Sequence record: MN850637.1
From: Escherichia phage warpig
Reading direction: 5' to 3' (one strand)
Length of the DNA: 64,000 nucleotides
In this document: positions 28,785-38,102 of the stretch, one piece after another
How the letters are laid out: each line of letters opens with the position of its first letter
Numbering within the stretch: the first letter of the stretch is position 1
Notes under the pieces: model-generated
Databases searched by the model: none
The model's input: the letters and a program-made list of their open reading frames with translations, nothing else
What the model was told of the DNA's origin: nothing
Translations under genes and position numbers: made by a program

Positions 28785-31151
28785 ATGCGCATGGTAAACG
28801 ACCACGCAGAAGTGATTAAGAGTTCAACTTCTTTGGAGACATCTCAAGCACAGATTACAATGACACCTGAAATGTTCAGCCTTTTGAGTTCAGGTGTATA
28901 CACATTCAAAGAAAGGGCAGTGATTCGTGAACTGTCATGTAACGCAGTAGATGCTCAAAAAGAAGCTGGAAAAGAGAACATCCCATTCCATGTGCATTTA
29001 CCTACTCGATTTGAGCCTTACTTTGAAGTCCGTGACTTTGGAACTGGTTTAACCCATGACAAAGTAATGAGTTTGTATCTGAACTATGGGGCTTCTACGA
29101 AGAATGACTCCAATGATTACATTGGTGCAATGGGTATCGGCTCAAAATCACCATTTGCAATTGCTCAGTCATTCACAGTATCTAGCTATGTTGATGGTGT
29201 TGTTAATAAGTACTCTGTTTACCTTGAGAATGGTATCCCTCAAGTAACTAAGCTTACTACCAACCCAACAAATGAACCCAATGGTTTAGCTGTACGTGTA
29301 GCAGTTGCTGACCATCGTATTTCAAAGTTCTTTGAAGAGGCTGGTCACGTATACTCATACTTTGCTGTAAAACCAGAAAGTAACATTGTATATGATGATG
29401 TATTAGCAGATATGAATGTCATTGCCCGTGAAGATGGTGTTTATGATGCTATGATTCATAAGCAAAGCTGGCGTTCTAGTGGTAACAGGACAGAGTTTAA
29501 TGTGGTGATGGGTAATATTGCCTATCCAGTGAACATGGAAGCATTACTTGGTGATGATTTCTTCAAAGTCTTGCCAGAGTTTTTCCGTAGGAGCGTAGAC
29601 CTTGTAAACATCTACATGCCTATTGGTTCAGTTGCTATAGCAGCTTCTCGTGAAGCCTTGCAGATGAATGATACGACAAAAAATGTTATCATTGAGGCAA
29701 CTAAAAAGATAACTGAAGCAATTACAAAGGATGTTATCAAGAAAGTTAATAGCCAACCTACACTCATGGATGCTGCACAGGCTTATGCTGAGTTACGTTT
29801 GAACTCACGAGAGATGTTTAATGCTGTGTGTCCAAAGCTAGAGTGGGGAGGCGTTAAGCTTGATTCTCTGGAAGAAGAATTACTAAACATTCGTCGTGGG
29901 ATTATCTACGCAGAAGACGGCTCAGTCATTTATGAACGTGACGGTAAAGGTAATATCAAGGTTGATAGGAACGGGAACAATATCCCTAAAGTGGATTATC
30001 TTTATAATCCAGTTGCTTATGTCAAGTTCAACTCTTTAGAGAGTAAGATTCGTGCAGCAGCACTTTCCTACACTCAAGAGGCAAGTATGTTCAATATCTT
30101 TGGTGCAATGCGTAAAAGCCAAATTGAACAGTTTTTGTTCGTGATTAATGACCGTCGTAATAAAAATGGCACTGAGAAGACTGTAGGCCGCAATCAGATT
30201 CTGCGTGGTGCATGTCGAGACTACGCTAGCGAGTCAAGCCTGTTCCACAGATACAATGGTATTGTGTTTGTATTCTCGACTGAAAAAGAGTTAGATGATT
30301 TAATCAATCTACACAAGCTTGATAAAAGTTTGTTAAAGATTGTGAAGATGTCTGATAAGGAACACCATTATCAGCGTAAAGAAGCTGTGAGGGGTGTTGT
30401 AAAACTCTGGAAAGCTGTTCCATCAGAAACTAAAGCTTCATACACAGAGGTGTCAGAAGACCTAGATACAATTGAAGAACCCCAGCTTTATATCAAGGCA
30501 GTAGGCGACACAGTTGATGGTGAATGTTTTTGCTCATCCCCAGAAGATGTAGCTAAAACAATTGCTAATGTTATAGGAAAAACAGTCTATGTTTTCCGAA
30601 AAGCAAATTGGAAAAAGATACCAGAAGACTGGATTGAAGTAGATGAGAAGCTATTGAATGACAGCTTAACTGATGTTCACTGGATTAATCATAACAGGTA
30701 TATGACACGTATCTATATGAATGGTGTCCTTGACCTTACAAGTAGTTGGATTATTGCCAGAAACTTTACGTTTAATAACAAGAAGATTTCTCGCGGGTAT
30801 TGCTATTCACGAGATACAAACAAAACCATCTTCTTAGAAGGTAATGAGAATGCTGTTGAGGCAATGTTTGGTAAGATTCAGTATGTGGCTGCACCGTTTG
30901 CATACACTTACACTATCAGTGTTCTTCAGGATTTGAAGTCATGCCTTGACAATGATACAAGACTGTACAAAAAGATTAAGAAAGCGGGTGACCGCATGGT
31001 TATCAAACTGACAAACTATCTTTCAAAAAGAAAACAAGAAAACTTCTTGCTTTCTCATTTAGATTGGAATAAAGTGTCACCCATCGAAGTGAGTAAGTTC
31101 TTAGGTTTTGATGTGAAGTGTGTTCCAGAAGGAACTACAATTTACGATTAA
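28785..31151 (+). CDS. rIIA: rIIA protein
   Basis: 788 aa; N-terminal region (FSLLSSGVYTFKERAVIRELSCNAVDAQ, GIGSKSPFAI) matches the T4 rIIA GHKL-ATPase-like N-terminus as I recall it. Confidence 0.85.
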   Translation: MRMVNDHAEVIKSSTSLETSQAQITMTPEMFSLLSSGVYTFKERAVIRELSCNAVDAQKEAGKENIPFHVHLPTRFEPYFEVRDFGTGLTHDKVMSLYLNYGASTKNDSNDYIGAMGIGSKSPFAIAQSFTVSSYVDGVVNKYSVYLENGIPQVTKLTTNPTNEPNGLAVRVAVADHRISKFFEEAGHVYSYFAVKPESNIVYDDVLADMNVIAREDGVYDAMIHKQSWRSSGNRTEFNVVMGNIAYPVNMEALLGDDFFKVLPEFFRRSVDLVNIYMPIGSVAIAASREALQMNDTTKNVIIEATKKITEAITKDVIKKVNSQPTLMDAAQAYAELRLNSREMFNAVCPKLEWGGVKLDSLEEELLNIRRGIIYAEDGSVIYERDGKGNIKVDRNGNNIPKVDYLYNPVAYVKFNSLESKIRAAALSYTQEASMFNIFGAMRKSQIEQFLFVINDRRNKNGTEKTVGRNQILRGACRDYASESSLFHRYNGIVFVFSTEKELDDLINLHKLDKSLLKIVKMSDKEHHYQRKEAVRGVVKLWKAVPSETKASYTEVSEDLDTIEEPQLYIKAVGDTVDGECFCSSPEDVAKTIANVIGKTVYVFRKANWKKIPEDWIEVDEKLLNDSLTDVHWINHNRYMTRIYMNGVLDLTSSWIIARNFTFNNKKISRGYCYSRDTNKTIFLEGNENAVEAMFGKIQYVAAPFAYTYTISVLQDLKSCLDNDTRLYKKIKKAGDRMVIKLTNYLSKRKQENFLLSHLDWNKVSPIEVSKFLGFDVKCVPEGTTIYD

Positions 31152-31156
31152 AGTGT

Positions 31157-31186
31157 TTGACAAGGGGCTTCGAAGCCCCTTAGAAT
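31157..31186 (+). promoter_or_regulatory. promoter with GC palindrome in spacer
   Basis: TTGACA - 18 bp spacer containing GGGGCTTCGAAGCCCC - TAGAAT, between rIIA and rIIB. Confidence 0.45.
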
Positions 31187-31230
31187 AGCCTTACAAAATG
31201 ATTTATTAACTAACAAGAGAGAGTAATAAG

Positions 31231-32340
31231 ATGACTACTAAAACTAAAGCACAGATTGACGCAGAAATTTACGAACTGGTTAAAGAAGGTAAGCTGACTA
31301 AAACAGCTATTGCACAGAAGTTCAATACTTCAACCCGTTCAGTTGGTCGTGCTGTAGAGCGTCATGAAGCAACCTTAAAAGGTAAGAAAAAGGTAGCTTC
31401 TAAACCAGCTACGAAGACTTTGAAGCAAGTTGCTAAATCAGTTAAAAAGAAAGCTGACAAACCAGTTGAAAAGGTTGTTAAAGAGCCTGTACAGAAAGCT
31501 CCGGTAAATAAACTGCATGAAGCTATGCAGAATGGCAACCAGATTGAGTACATGATTACTGGCGACTCTGTTATCATGACTTTCGGTGCAGATTCTGAAA
31601 TCGTTGAATCTACCCATCCGAACTACAAAGAAATCGTGATGGCTGTTGTATCCGGTGAGTATAAGAAAGCTTTCGAACTGATGAACATTCGTAAGTCTAT
31701 CGAAAACTTCACTCAGGGTACTATCACCATCAAAGGTGACAAGTTATTCTACGGTGCTGTTGAGATGCGTTCTACTCTGGTTGACCGTATTCTTCACATG
31801 ATGAAGACTGGAGATAAGGGTTTTGAACGCCTTGTGATGTTCTTCGAAAAACTGATGGAAAACCCATCTAAAGACTCTGTAGAACAACTTTGGGGATTCG
31901 TATCTCACCTTGATGTTGAAATTGATGAAGAAGGCTACATCATTGGTTGGAAGAAAGTCTCTACTCATGAAGGCAAGCTGGTTGACTCCCACACCTACAG
32001 AGTACCTAATGATTTGGGTAACATTGTAGAAATGCCACGTTGGATGGTTGATAATAACCGTAACGTGACTTGCTCTCAGGGTCTTCACGTTGGTGCTTGG
32101 GATTATGTTCGTTGCTTCTCAGGTGATACAATCCTGAAGGTTCGTGTCCATCCACGAGATGTTGTATCTGTTCCAACTGATTACAACGATATGAAGATGC
32201 GTTCGTCTCGTTATGAAGTTGCAGCAATCGTTGATAATCAACGTAAAGTGCTGAAAGAATGGGATGGCAAGACTGAAGCTTTGCATGTCATCGTTGGCAC
32301 TGCTGGTGAACTAATCTCCCAACGTAAACGTGAAATCTAA
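31231..32340 (+). CDS. rIIB: rIIB protein
   Basis: 369 aa immediately downstream of rIIA; blocks (LVDRIL, VHPRDVVSVPTDYNDMKMR) fit recalled T4 rIIB conservation. Confidence 0.75.
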   Translation: MTTKTKAQIDAEIYELVKEGKLTKTAIAQKFNTSTRSVGRAVERHEATLKGKKKVASKPATKTLKQVAKSVKKKADKPVEKVVKEPVQKAPVNKLHEAMQNGNQIEYMITGDSVIMTFGADSEIVESTHPNYKEIVMAVVSGEYKKAFELMNIRKSIENFTQGTITIKGDKLFYGAVEMRSTLVDRILHMMKTGDKGFERLVMFFEKLMENPSKDSVEQLWGFVSHLDVEIDEEGYIIGWKKVSTHEGKLVDSHTYRVPNDLGNIVEMPRWMVDNNRNVTCSQGLHVGAWDYVRCFSGDTILKVRVHPRDVVSVPTDYNDMKMRSSRYEVAAIVDNQRKVLKEWDGKTEALHVIVGTAGELISQRKREI

Positions 32341-32356
32341 TAAGTAATTTCTTAAA

Positions 32357-32380
32357 AGGCTGCTTCGGCGGCCTTTTTTA
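32357..32380 (+). terminator. rho-independent terminator
   Basis: GGCTGC-TTCG-GCGGCC hairpin followed by TTTTTT. Confidence 0.55.
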
Positions 32381-32440
32381 TTTGTATTTTGTGCAGAGTG
32401 CTGTATAATTGTTGTCACGATAAACTAAACAGGAGAACCA

Positions 32441-32989
32441 ATGAAGAAATTGATTCTAGGTTTGTGCTTAATGTTTACAGCACACTTATCTTATGCAGTT
32501 GACTGCCCAGAGCTATCAATTAGCCAAAAAGTAAACATGTTAAAAGCTTACCAGTATGGTGAGAATAACATGGGTAAAGGTTGGGGTATCACTCTAGCTG
32601 CTATAGCCTTACAAGAGTCAGAGTTAGGTCTGAAGGTAGAGAATAAAAAGACACATGATTATGGTATCTTCCAGAATCACTTGAAGACTGTTGTAAAGCG
32701 TAACAAAATTAGTCCTAATGTGGCTAAAAAGAAACTCTTAAAAGACTTTGACTATGCTGCGAAGGAAACTCACAAAGAGCTTGAGTTTTGGACAAAGGTG
32801 CATGGTCAGCCAAAGTCAAAGAAGACTTTACAAAAAGTTTTAGCATCATATAATGCTGGGTATTCGTACAAAATCCCTAAAGCTAAGAAATATTCTCAAG
32901 ATGTCTATAACAACATGAAAGTCATTGCTCAATGTGAATTTGCAATAAACATTTCTAAGGTAAACCATGAAAAAATTAAAAAAGTCTGA
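32441..32989 (+). CDS. secreted protein, possible lytic transglycosylase-like
   Basis: Signal peptide MKKLILGLCLMFTAHLSYA; AIALQESELG...YGIFQ loosely resembles SLT catalytic region. Confidence 0.4.
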   Translation: MKKLILGLCLMFTAHLSYAVDCPELSISQKVNMLKAYQYGENNMGKGWGITLAAIALQESELGLKVENKKTHDYGIFQNHLKTVVKRNKISPNVAKKKLLKDFDYAAKETHKELEFWTKVHGQPKSKKTLQKVLASYNAGYSYKIPKAKKYSQDVYNNMKVIAQCEFAINISKVNHEKIKKV

Positions 32990-33662
32990 TGAAGTACTGT
33001 GTCATGCTTACGACTTACATCCTCATGAGTTAGGTCTTGATTCCTGTGTATGGACTCCAGAACAGTGTAGGGATTTTGAAGACACTGCAAGAGAAGTTGT
33101 ATGTTCACTCGAAGAGTTCCACACATCAGAGCCAATTGTGAATGTTGTAGATAAAGAGACTGGACAAACTATAGGTGTAAGTCGTGATAGCTTAGTCATA
33201 GTCAATAAAGACCTTGTAGAAAAAGGTAACCTCATCTTAGCAGATATTGATGGTGTTCTTACAAATTTTAATCACGAAGATTGCTCAACGGAATTGACTG
33301 ATGGGTCATTCTCACAGTACACTAATCTTCTTGACTCTGTAAGAGCAAAACCAACGTATGTCTTTAGTATTATTGATGCAATTGCTAATCATGCTGCCGT
33401 TGGACTCTTGACAGCGAGAGGCGAATCTCAGAGAATACCTACTGAGATGTTTTTAAGGCATAACACAGAGCATGATTATATGCTTTTTATGCGTGGTTTT
33501 GGAACTAACTCTATAAGTGCAGAAAGTTTGAAAGTGAGAATGATTCAGTCTTGCATTCTGCCTTACTTTAATATAGTATGTTTTATAGAAGATACAGAGA
33601 AGAACGTGCAGAAGGTGAACAGAATCCTTCCACACATCAAAACCATGTTAGTTAAACATTGA
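32967..33662 (+). CDS. hypothetical protein
   Basis: 231-aa ORF. Confidence 0.4.
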   Translation: MKKLKKSDEVLCHAYDLHPHELGLDSCVWTPEQCRDFEDTAREVVCSLEEFHTSEPIVNVVDKETGQTIGVSRDSLVIVNKDLVEKGNLILADIDGVLTNFNHEDCSTELTDGSFSQYTNLLDSVRAKPTYVFSIIDAIANHAAVGLLTARGESQRIPTEMFLRHNTEHDYMLFMRGFGTNSISAESLKVRMIQSCILPYFNIVCFIEDTEKNVQKVNRILPHIKTMLVKH

Positions 33663-33672
33663 GAGAAAACTT

Positions 33673-34137
33673 ATGAACAATATCATTACGGTAGCACTGG
33701 ACGTTACGGCAAACAAATCTGAAGTAGTTCGTAACATTATCAAGAGCAACTTTGAGGGTAAAATCTTCCGTGCTGTCAATGTAAAAGCAGACGGCAACAT
33801 CCGAGAGTATCGTGCTCTTTTGAATGTTAAGAAACACGTCAAAGGTTCTGGTTCAACGACTGCACACAAAGAAAACCTGATGACTATCTATGATATGGGT
33901 ATGGCTTCAGAGTTAGGTGCTGAAGGTATCGTTAAAGAAGGTGCTCCGTATCGCTCTTTCAATCTGGAAACTGCTCTCATGCTTTCCTTTACAAGTGGTT
34001 CTAAAACAACTACTTATCTCTTTACTGATGCTGCAACGGTATCTGCTATCAAGGATAACGCTATCAAAGCTGGGGTAGCTGCTGCTGCAAAAGCTTCTTC
34101 GATGGCTGCAAATGTCCTTGCTAAAGTCCTCGGTTAA
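33673..34137 (+). CDS. hypothetical protein
   Basis: 154-aa ORF. Confidence 0.4.
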   Translation: MNNIITVALDVTANKSEVVRNIIKSNFEGKIFRAVNVKADGNIREYRALLNVKKHVKGSGSTTAHKENLMTIYDMGMASELGAEGIVKEGAPYRSFNLETALMLSFTSGSKTTTYLFTDAATVSAIKDNAIKAGVAAAAKASSMAANVLAKVLG

Positions 34138-34148
34138 GGTTAAGATAC

Positions 34149-34171
34149 AGGCTCCTTCGGGAGCCTTTTTC
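34149..34171 (+). terminator. rho-independent terminator
   Basis: GGCTCC-TTCG-GGAGCC hairpin followed by TTTTT. Confidence 0.55.
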
Positions 34172-34189
34172 ATTTCAGGAGATTGTTAA

Positions 34190-34537
34190 ATGACATTTAA
34201 AGAGTTCTGTCAAGCTACTTTTATAATTGTTTTCTTAGTTGGGGCAGGTGTCTGGGGAGGATACTCTTACAGAGACTATCAAGTTGCTGAAGCTGAGCTA
34301 AACAATGAGAAACTAATAAGTGTTGCTAAAGATGCTTATCAGGAAGGTTTAGCCACACTCAGCACCAATTACAAAAATGATTTGAAAGATGTGCTTGCTA
34401 AGAATAAGCATACAAAAGAGGTACTAACATATGAAAAAACTAAGCCAGAGTTTTATAATGTTTGTGTTACTGATAACTATGTCAGGGTGTTCAACGAACA
34501 AAGTGAACAGTACATTCAAAAACTCCCAAGTAAGTGA
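34190..34537 (+). CDS. putative i-spanin (inner-membrane spanin)
   Basis: N-terminal TM helix then coiled-coil-like periplasmic region; downstream lipoprotein ORF starts inside it in another frame. Confidence 0.4.
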   Translation: MTFKEFCQATFIIVFLVGAGVWGGYSYRDYQVAEAELNNEKLISVAKDAYQEGLATLSTNYKNDLKDVLAKNKHTKEVLTYEKTKPEFYNVCVTDNYVRVFNEQSEQYIQKLPSK

Positions 34538-34700
34538 GAGTGACAAGTACACTCAAGAGGAGTCAAGATTCACTGTCAAAGGCAATACCGGTAGTGATGT
34601 GGCAGCAGCCCTTGAGTTTTATCGTGATGGTTTTTACCAGTGCACAATCAAAGCTAATAACCTTATTGATATGATTTTATTAGGAAACAAACAGCAATGA
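34431..34700 (+). CDS. putative o-spanin (outer-membrane lipoprotein)
   Basis: Signal peptide with lipobox-like TMSGC; overlaps 3' end of preceding TM-protein gene out of frame. Confidence 0.4.
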   Translation: MKKLSQSFIMFVLLITMSGCSTNKVNSTFKNSQVSESDKYTQEESRFTVKGNTGSDVAAALEFYRDGFYQCTIKANNLIDMILLGNKQQ

Positions 34701-34966
34701 CAGAGAATGAAGATACTTTCTATGTAGAAGGGTACTTACTGCTACCACGACCAAAAGAAACTTATATGCGGGTTGATTTTTCACCAACCATTATGGATAA
34801 CGTGATGTGCCATATCTTTATGCAAGGTGTCACAGCACAACTTAAGCATGTTGGTAAAGAGTGCAAAATAAAGGTTGACACTCATCCAGAAATCAAAGAG
34901 AATCACTACACATGGTTCTTACCAGACTCTAAAGAAATCTTAGCAGTTCTTAAAACGAGGAAGTAA
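34697..34966 (+). CDS. hypothetical protein
   Basis: 89-aa ORF. Confidence 0.35.
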   Translation: MTENEDTFYVEGYLLLPRPKETYMRVDFSPTIMDNVMCHIFMQGVTAQLKHVGKECKIKVDTHPEIKENHYTWFLPDSKEILAVLKTRK

Positions 34967-34968
34967 CT

Positions 34969-35295
34969 ATGCAGATTAATGGAAGAGACTTTGTAGCCGT
35001 TTACTACGAGAAAGATAAAGAAGTTGGAGTAGCACAAGTATCTTATGGTAATGGTAAGTGGCTATATGGAACAATCGCAGTAGTCGGAACAAGAAGTGAT
35101 ACAAAAACTTTTAAAGATTGTGTTGACCTTCTTGAAGAATCCATCCACAATCATTGGTGTCTGATATGGATGACTGACAACGAAGTGATAGAACGCTTCA
35201 AAAAGATTGACATCAACATTGATAGCATTGAGCATGTTGATTTGTATGAGCTAACTGAGAAGGTAAACTATGAAAGTAATACTAGCCAGAGATAA
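34969..35295 (+). CDS. hypothetical protein
   Basis: 108-aa ORF. Confidence 0.35.
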   Translation: MQINGRDFVAVYYEKDKEVGVAQVSYGNGKWLYGTIAVVGTRSDTKTFKDCVDLLEESIHNHWCLIWMTDNEVIERFKKIDINIDSIEHVDLYELTEKVNYESNTSQR

Positions 35296-35497
35296 AAAGA
35301 CACGGAAACTTATCAGGTCAGCAGTGTTCATTGGACGAAATGAAGTCATACCATTTACAGCAAATGATGTGATAGCTTACCGGAAGAACTTAGTATTCGC
35401 TGACTGTTTACGTGGATTCATCTCTGAACCATTGGAAGACTTTAAAAGTCGTTGTGGTAAAGGCATCATCATTCAAGAGGCAATTATTCATGGCTGA
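35270..35497 (+). CDS. hypothetical protein
   Basis: 75-aa ORF. Confidence 0.3.
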   Translation: MKVILARDKKTRKLIRSAVFIGRNEVIPFTANDVIAYRKNLVFADCLRGFISEPLEDFKSRCGKGIIIQEAIIHG

Positions 35498-35690
35498 CTT
35501 CTGCAAAGATTGTGCTATCGAAATGTTCGGACGTGATACAGGTGACTTAAAAGGTCTTATCACTGAAGATGACTTTAAGGCTGGCTATGCAATGCCAGTA
35601 ATCTGTGAAGGTTGTGGATGTATCTGGGTAGACCACGAAGGACAGCGTGTAAAACCTTCAGAAGATAAAGAATCTTGGGAGAGATGCTAA
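35490..35690 (+). CDS. small Cys-rich protein
   Basis: 66 aa with CKDC...CEGCGC pattern; start at internal Met overlapping upstream stop. Confidence 0.3.
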   Translation: MADFCKDCAIEMFGRDTGDLKGLITEDDFKAGYAMPVICEGCGCIWVDHEGQRVKPSEDKESWERC

Positions 35691-36476
35691 ATGGGTATTG
35701 TAAAAATCATCAATGGGGATATCTTCTCCGCATTTGATAAAGGTAAGTTTGATATTATTGGTCACGGTTGCAACTGTATGAACTTAATGGGTGCAGGTAT
35801 CGCTGACAAGATTTCTAAACTTTACCCAAAAGCATATGAGACCGATACAGAAGTTTATTTGTATGCAGGTGGCATAGGCCACAAACCCTGTGAAAATTTA
35901 CTAGGTAATTTCTCTGTAGCACGTTTAAAACAAGGCCGTATAGCTAACCTTTACACTCAGCTTAAGACTGGTAAAGATGCCCGATACAGTGCTTTAGAGT
36001 CATCTTTGAAACAGCTTAACAGATACTGTGAAGTCAATCAGTTGAAGAAAGTCGGGTTACCTATGATTGGTGCAGGTATCGGTGGGCTAGACGCTCAAGC
36101 CGTCACAGTTATCATTAATCAGGTGATGAAGAGTGTAGATGTGTATCTGTATGTCTATGAAGGAGAGATGTACCACAAGTTACGCTCAGGTTGGAAGAAC
36201 TACTGTGAACCAGAATACTTTGCAGGTGTAGTAACGTTCACAGACAATACAGTTACCCTCTTCAGACGAAGAAAAGGTAAGATACATCAAAGTAACCCTC
36301 CGGTTGAAAAGATGTCTCTAAGTAACGCTCTAGTTACCCACCTGTCGAAGAGCAATCACAGGATTGCAGTAACATTTGGTAGTGATGCAGACACTTATAT
36401 CTATGCAAGAACTGATGAGGGTATCGAGACAGTTTTCTCTTCGCCAGAAGTTACCTTCTTAGACGCAAAGAACTAA
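35691..36476 (+). CDS. macro-domain protein (ADP-ribose binding/processing)
   Basis: IIGHGCNCMNLMGAGIADKI and GLPMIGAGIGGLD resemble macrodomain Gly-rich ADP-ribose-binding loops. Confidence 0.5.
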   Translation: MGIVKIINGDIFSAFDKGKFDIIGHGCNCMNLMGAGIADKISKLYPKAYETDTEVYLYAGGIGHKPCENLLGNFSVARLKQGRIANLYTQLKTGKDARYSALESSLKQLNRYCEVNQLKKVGLPMIGAGIGGLDAQAVTVIINQVMKSVDVYLYVYEGEMYHKLRSGWKNYCEPEYFAGVVTFTDNTVTLFRRRKGKIHQSNPPVEKMSLSNALVTHLSKSNHRIAVTFGSDADTYIYARTDEGIETVFSSPEVTFLDAKN

Positions 36477-36544
36477 GAAACTCTGTAGAGTATTCACAAT
36501 AAACTAAGCCTTTCTTATCTGGTAAATTTTTCAGGTAAGGAGGG

Positions 36545-36745
36545 CTTTTTCATTTCAGAATTGTGCAGGTATATTTCTATAGAGAAATCTGTAGAGGAAA
36601 TTTTGAACTCCAAAGAGAAAATTCATTTTCAAACTGTGCAGGTAATCTCCAAAGGGTTTTTTCATTTTCAAAACGTGCAGAGAAAAATCAGGTCGGGCAA
36701 GAAAAATCATTTTAGAATTGTGCAGGTAGGTGGGTGCAGGTGGGG
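36545..36745. repeat. four direct copies of TTTTCATTTTCARAAYTGTGCAGGT
   Basis: Copies near 36545, 36617, 36656, 36703; terminal GTGCAGGT doubled in the last copy. Confidence 0.7.
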
Positions 36746-36906
36746 ATGTCGCCATTTCTCACAAGGCTACCACATCTGGAAATAAAAGTCAACAGAAAAA
36801 TTTGTAGCGGATTGAAAAATAATTCTTGATTGTAGTTCTGTTTTGTGGTATTCGCGCGCACCCGTTTCATTACAATTTTTGCAAAAAAATATTTTTAAAA
36901 TTCCTA

Positions 36907-36935
36907 TTGACTCTTTGAGTATGGTTATCTAATAT
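36907..36935 (+). promoter_or_regulatory. sigma70-like promoter
   Basis: TTGACT - 17 bp - TAATAT upstream of first small-gene cassette. Confidence 0.55.
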
Positions 36936-36985
36936 TTGCATCAGACGGGCAAGCAAGCCCACTTCCTAAACTGGAGAATCTAAAA

Positions 36986-37192
36986 ATGCTTTACAGTCGT
37001 GAATTGATGGTTACAACTAACGTTAACACAAAGGTAAAACGTTTTTACATGCAAATTTGTGGCGTATGGTCTAGAATATCAGAAGCTGACTATTGCAACT
37101 ATGTAGAAACGGCTATAAACTCTAATTGCTACCTTACAAGAAATACAAGAAAGTACATAAGACAGACAGCAATTTACTACTACGATAAATAA
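36986..37192 (+). CDS. small early protein
   Basis: 68-aa ORF with conserved RBS AAACTGGAGAATCTAAAAATG. Confidence 0.5.
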   Translation: MLYSRELMVTTNVNTKVKRFYMQICGVWSRISEADYCNYVETAINSNCYLTRNTRKYIRQTAIYYYDK

Positions 37193-37279
37193 AGTACTTT
37201 ACAAGGGGCTTATAGTTCGATAGAGTAAGCCCCAGATAAAGAGCTTTGCTAACTAACCTTAAACTAGGAGAATCTGAAA
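37193..37279 (+). promoter_or_regulatory. leader cassette type A
   Basis: AAGTACTTTACAAGGGGCTTATAGTTCGATAGAGTAAGCCCC: -35-like TTTACA, 17 bp, -10-like TAGAGT inside GGGGCTTA/TAAGCCCC hairpin, then RBS AAACTAGGAGA. Confidence 0.6.
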
Positions 37280-37660
37280 ATGGCATATCGTGCACCTAAA
37301 TTCATCAACAAAGACAACTTTCGCAACGCACTGGAGAAGTCACTTGATGAAAAATTTAACGGTAAATTGATTATTGTTCACGCATTCAATTTTAAGTATG
37401 ATATTAATGGGAATAAAATCAACCATTACACGGCAACCATGATAGATGGTACACTTTCAAGTGAAAAAGCCGTACTGAATGCACTTGCTGGACGCGGTAA
37501 AAACCTGATAAAATGTGATAAGCGACGTTATCAGGGTGGCGCATATGGTTACGATGATGCTGTTTACCATCTTGAAAACATGGGCTATCAAGTAGAAAAA
37601 GCTGGAGTATCACAAATTATCGGGAGTGATGGTTATGTGACAATTTTCAAAATTAACTAA
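37280..37660 (+). CDS. small early protein
   Basis: 126-aa ORF after type A cassette. Confidence 0.5.
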   Translation: MAYRAPKFINKDNFRNALEKSLDEKFNGKLIIVHAFNFKYDINGNKINHYTATMIDGTLSSEKAVLNALAGRGKNLIKCDKRRYQGGAYGYDDAVYHLENMGYQVEKAGVSQIIGSDGYVTIFKIN

Positions 37661-37749
37661 TAAAGTACTTTACAAGGGGCTTATAGTTCGATAGAGTAAG
37701 CCCCAGATAAAGAGCTTTACCACTAAATCCTAAATTGGAGAACTTAAAA
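37661..37749 (+). promoter_or_regulatory. leader cassette type A
   Basis: Near-identical copy of the 37193 element. Confidence 0.6.
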
Positions 37750-38007
37750 ATGGCTATTATCAAAAACGTTGTAATTACTGCAAAGACTCGTGATGACGCT
37801 CGCGTTATGGCTAAAAAGTTATGCGGAAAAGTGGTTGACAACGGAAAACAAACTGCTGTAAGGTGGGGCGTGAAAGCTGATAAGCAACTAACCTTAAAAC
37901 ATAATTCAAACAACCTTTTTAAAGGTGTAAAATCACTCGGTAAAGTGAACGTTTTTACCAAAAAAGGCTATAAAATGCACTTATCACTAACTGGCAATTT
38001 AATCTGA
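37750..38007 (+). CDS. small early protein
   Basis: 85-aa ORF from ATG after RBS GGAGAACTTAAAA (track ORF starts upstream inside cassette). Confidence 0.5.
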   Translation: MAIIKNVVITAKTRDDARVMAKKLCGKVVDNGKQTAVRWGVKADKQLTLKHNSNNLFKGVKSLGKVNVFTKKGYKMHLSLTGNLI

Positions 38008-38102
38008 TAAAGTACTTTACAAGGGGCTTAAAAGTTGATATCTTAAGCCCCAGATAAAGAGCTTTACCACTAAATCAAGTCCTTAAACTAGGAGATTCAA
38101 AA
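38008..38102 (+). promoter_or_regulatory. leader cassette type A (variant hairpin)
   Basis: AAGTACTTTACAAGGGGCTTAAAAGTTGATATCTTAAGCCCC then RBS. Confidence 0.6.

Noticed and set aside
36561-36785. Track ORF of 74 aa
   Set aside because: Lies entirely within the TTTTCATTTTC...GTGCAGGT direct repeats; its repetitive peptide is probably a translation artefact.
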